In this document: piece by piece, positions 63,266 through 64,000 of the stretch
How the letters are laid out: each line of letters starts with the position of its first letter
Numbering within the stretch: the first letter of the stretch is position 1
Source: a virus
Reading direction: 5' to 3' (one strand)
Length of the DNA stretch: 64,000 nt
Virus record (IMG/VR): IMGVR_UViG_3300021511_000005
Coordinates: 1 to 64,000 of that record
Program-made: the position numbers and the translations under genes
Notes under the pieces: model-generated
What the model was told of the DNA's origin: nothing
Seen by the model: the letters and a program-made list of their open reading frames with translations, nothing else
The model's database searches: none

Positions 63266-63519
63266 CGACGATCAAGGAGGCCTTCGCGAAGGTGGCTGTC
63301 GTTTTCACGGATGGCGCGATGGACAAGTTGGTCTACGGGCCGGGCAAGGACGGGGAGCCTGTCCGCATGATGTCCGAGCTGAAGAAGGGAGACCGTTTCC
63401 GCGAGTTCCGGTGGGATGGTCCGATCGAGGTTGCCGGTGGAGACGCTTATCAGATGGACAATCCACCGCCTGGGCCGAAGGGGAAGCTCTGGTGCGTGCC
63501 GATGGACCGGAGTCGCTGA
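63262..63519 (+). CDS. Hypothetical protein
   Basis: Coupled at both ends. Confidence 0.55.
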   Translation: MTTIKEAFAKVAVVFTDGAMDKLVYGPGKDGEPVRMMSELKKGDRFREFRWDGPIEVAGGDAYQMDNPPPGPKGKLWCVPMDRSR

Positions 63520-63776
63520 TGGCGGGCAAGCGGGCGTTGAAGGCCTACCTCGCGGTCCTGGAGGCCTTGTCCACCGGGCCCAAGATGAAGACCGATTTGA
63601 AGCGGGCCTGCGGCTACGACGTCATCCGCGAGTACCCAGCTCTGGATCGTCTGCTTCAGGATATGCGAGTGGCCGGGGTCATTGAGTGCCGCGGCAAGAC
63701 CTGGGTCTTGGCGGAGGGCAAAGAGCTGTGCCCCCAGTGCCATGGCCGGGGGATCTGGGATAAGGAGACGGGTTGA
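63519..63776 (+). CDS. Winged-helix-like protein with C-terminal CxxCxGxG
   Basis: AVLEALSTGPKMKTDLK...LDRLLQDMRVAGVI...CPQCHGRG. Confidence 0.6.
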   Translation: MAGKRALKAYLAVLEALSTGPKMKTDLKRACGYDVIREYPALDRLLQDMRVAGVIECRGKTWVLAEGKELCPQCHGRGIWDKETG

Positions 63777-64000
63777 TGAGCAAAGACAAAGACAAGGATA
63801 CGGGTACAGACAGGGATCTGTTACGGGAGGGGGTGGGTCACCAAAACGATCAGATCGATGAGGCCATGAGGGAAGAGACAAGGGATGATCGAGGGGGCGG
63901 GGATCGCGAGGAGAACGGCAAGTGATGTGGAGCTGGATGAAGGCGAGTCCCTGGACCTTCGCTGTCGGTGGTTTGATTGCTGTTTTGGCGGTGGGTGGTG

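Noticed and set aside
1-64000. Apparent over-representation of CCGCGG and GGATCC/GATC
   Set aside because: Visual impression only; needs a Markov-corrected k-mer count and may reflect codon-pair usage
63776-64000. Short ORFs at the right edge
   Set aside because: Too short or truncated by the window to support a call

Overview
A 64 kb, GC-rich (about 65% by eye, not computed) segment of a large contractile-tailed (myovirus-type) bacteriophage genome. All credible genes are on the + strand and tightly packed. (1) 1-26257 is a virion module: a repeat-rich structural protein, then adaptor, stopper, neck, terminator, sheath, tube, two overlapping tail chaperone ORFs, tape measure, hub, spike, a tube-initiator/LysM/gp25-like fusion, baseplate J, two paralogous propeller-Ig proteins, wedge and fibre. 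Gene order and neck motifs recall SPO1/Twort-like phages. (2) 26266-29412 holds membrane and lysis genes, including an i-spanin/o-spanin pair that implies a Gram-negative host; no endolysin is recognisable. (3) 29400-30400 is a candidate replicon: a perfect DnaA box and GATC cluster, a lambda-O-like winged-helix gene, iteron-like repeats, a 28-bp palindrome and two C(GAA)G hairpins. (4) 30485-51827 covers replication, recombination and regulation: SF2 helicase, Hfq-like protein, DnaB-type helicase, primase, sigma factor, histone-like protein, UvsY-like protein, SSB with Q/P/G-rich arms, RecA, J-domain protein, family A polymerase, SbcD/SbcC, resolvase and a ParB-methyltransferase. (5) 51824-64000 has many small accessory ORFs plus a beta clamp. 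The most notable non-coding signals are a four-copy bipartite motif (YGACA-N11/12-CGCGGAAGGG, probably the phage sigma promoter), a ~120-nt multi-stem RNA-like element between ssb and recA, and the origin-like region. No tRNA, rRNA, CRISPR array, integrase or transposase was seen. All product calls come from motif recognition by eye; no database search was run.
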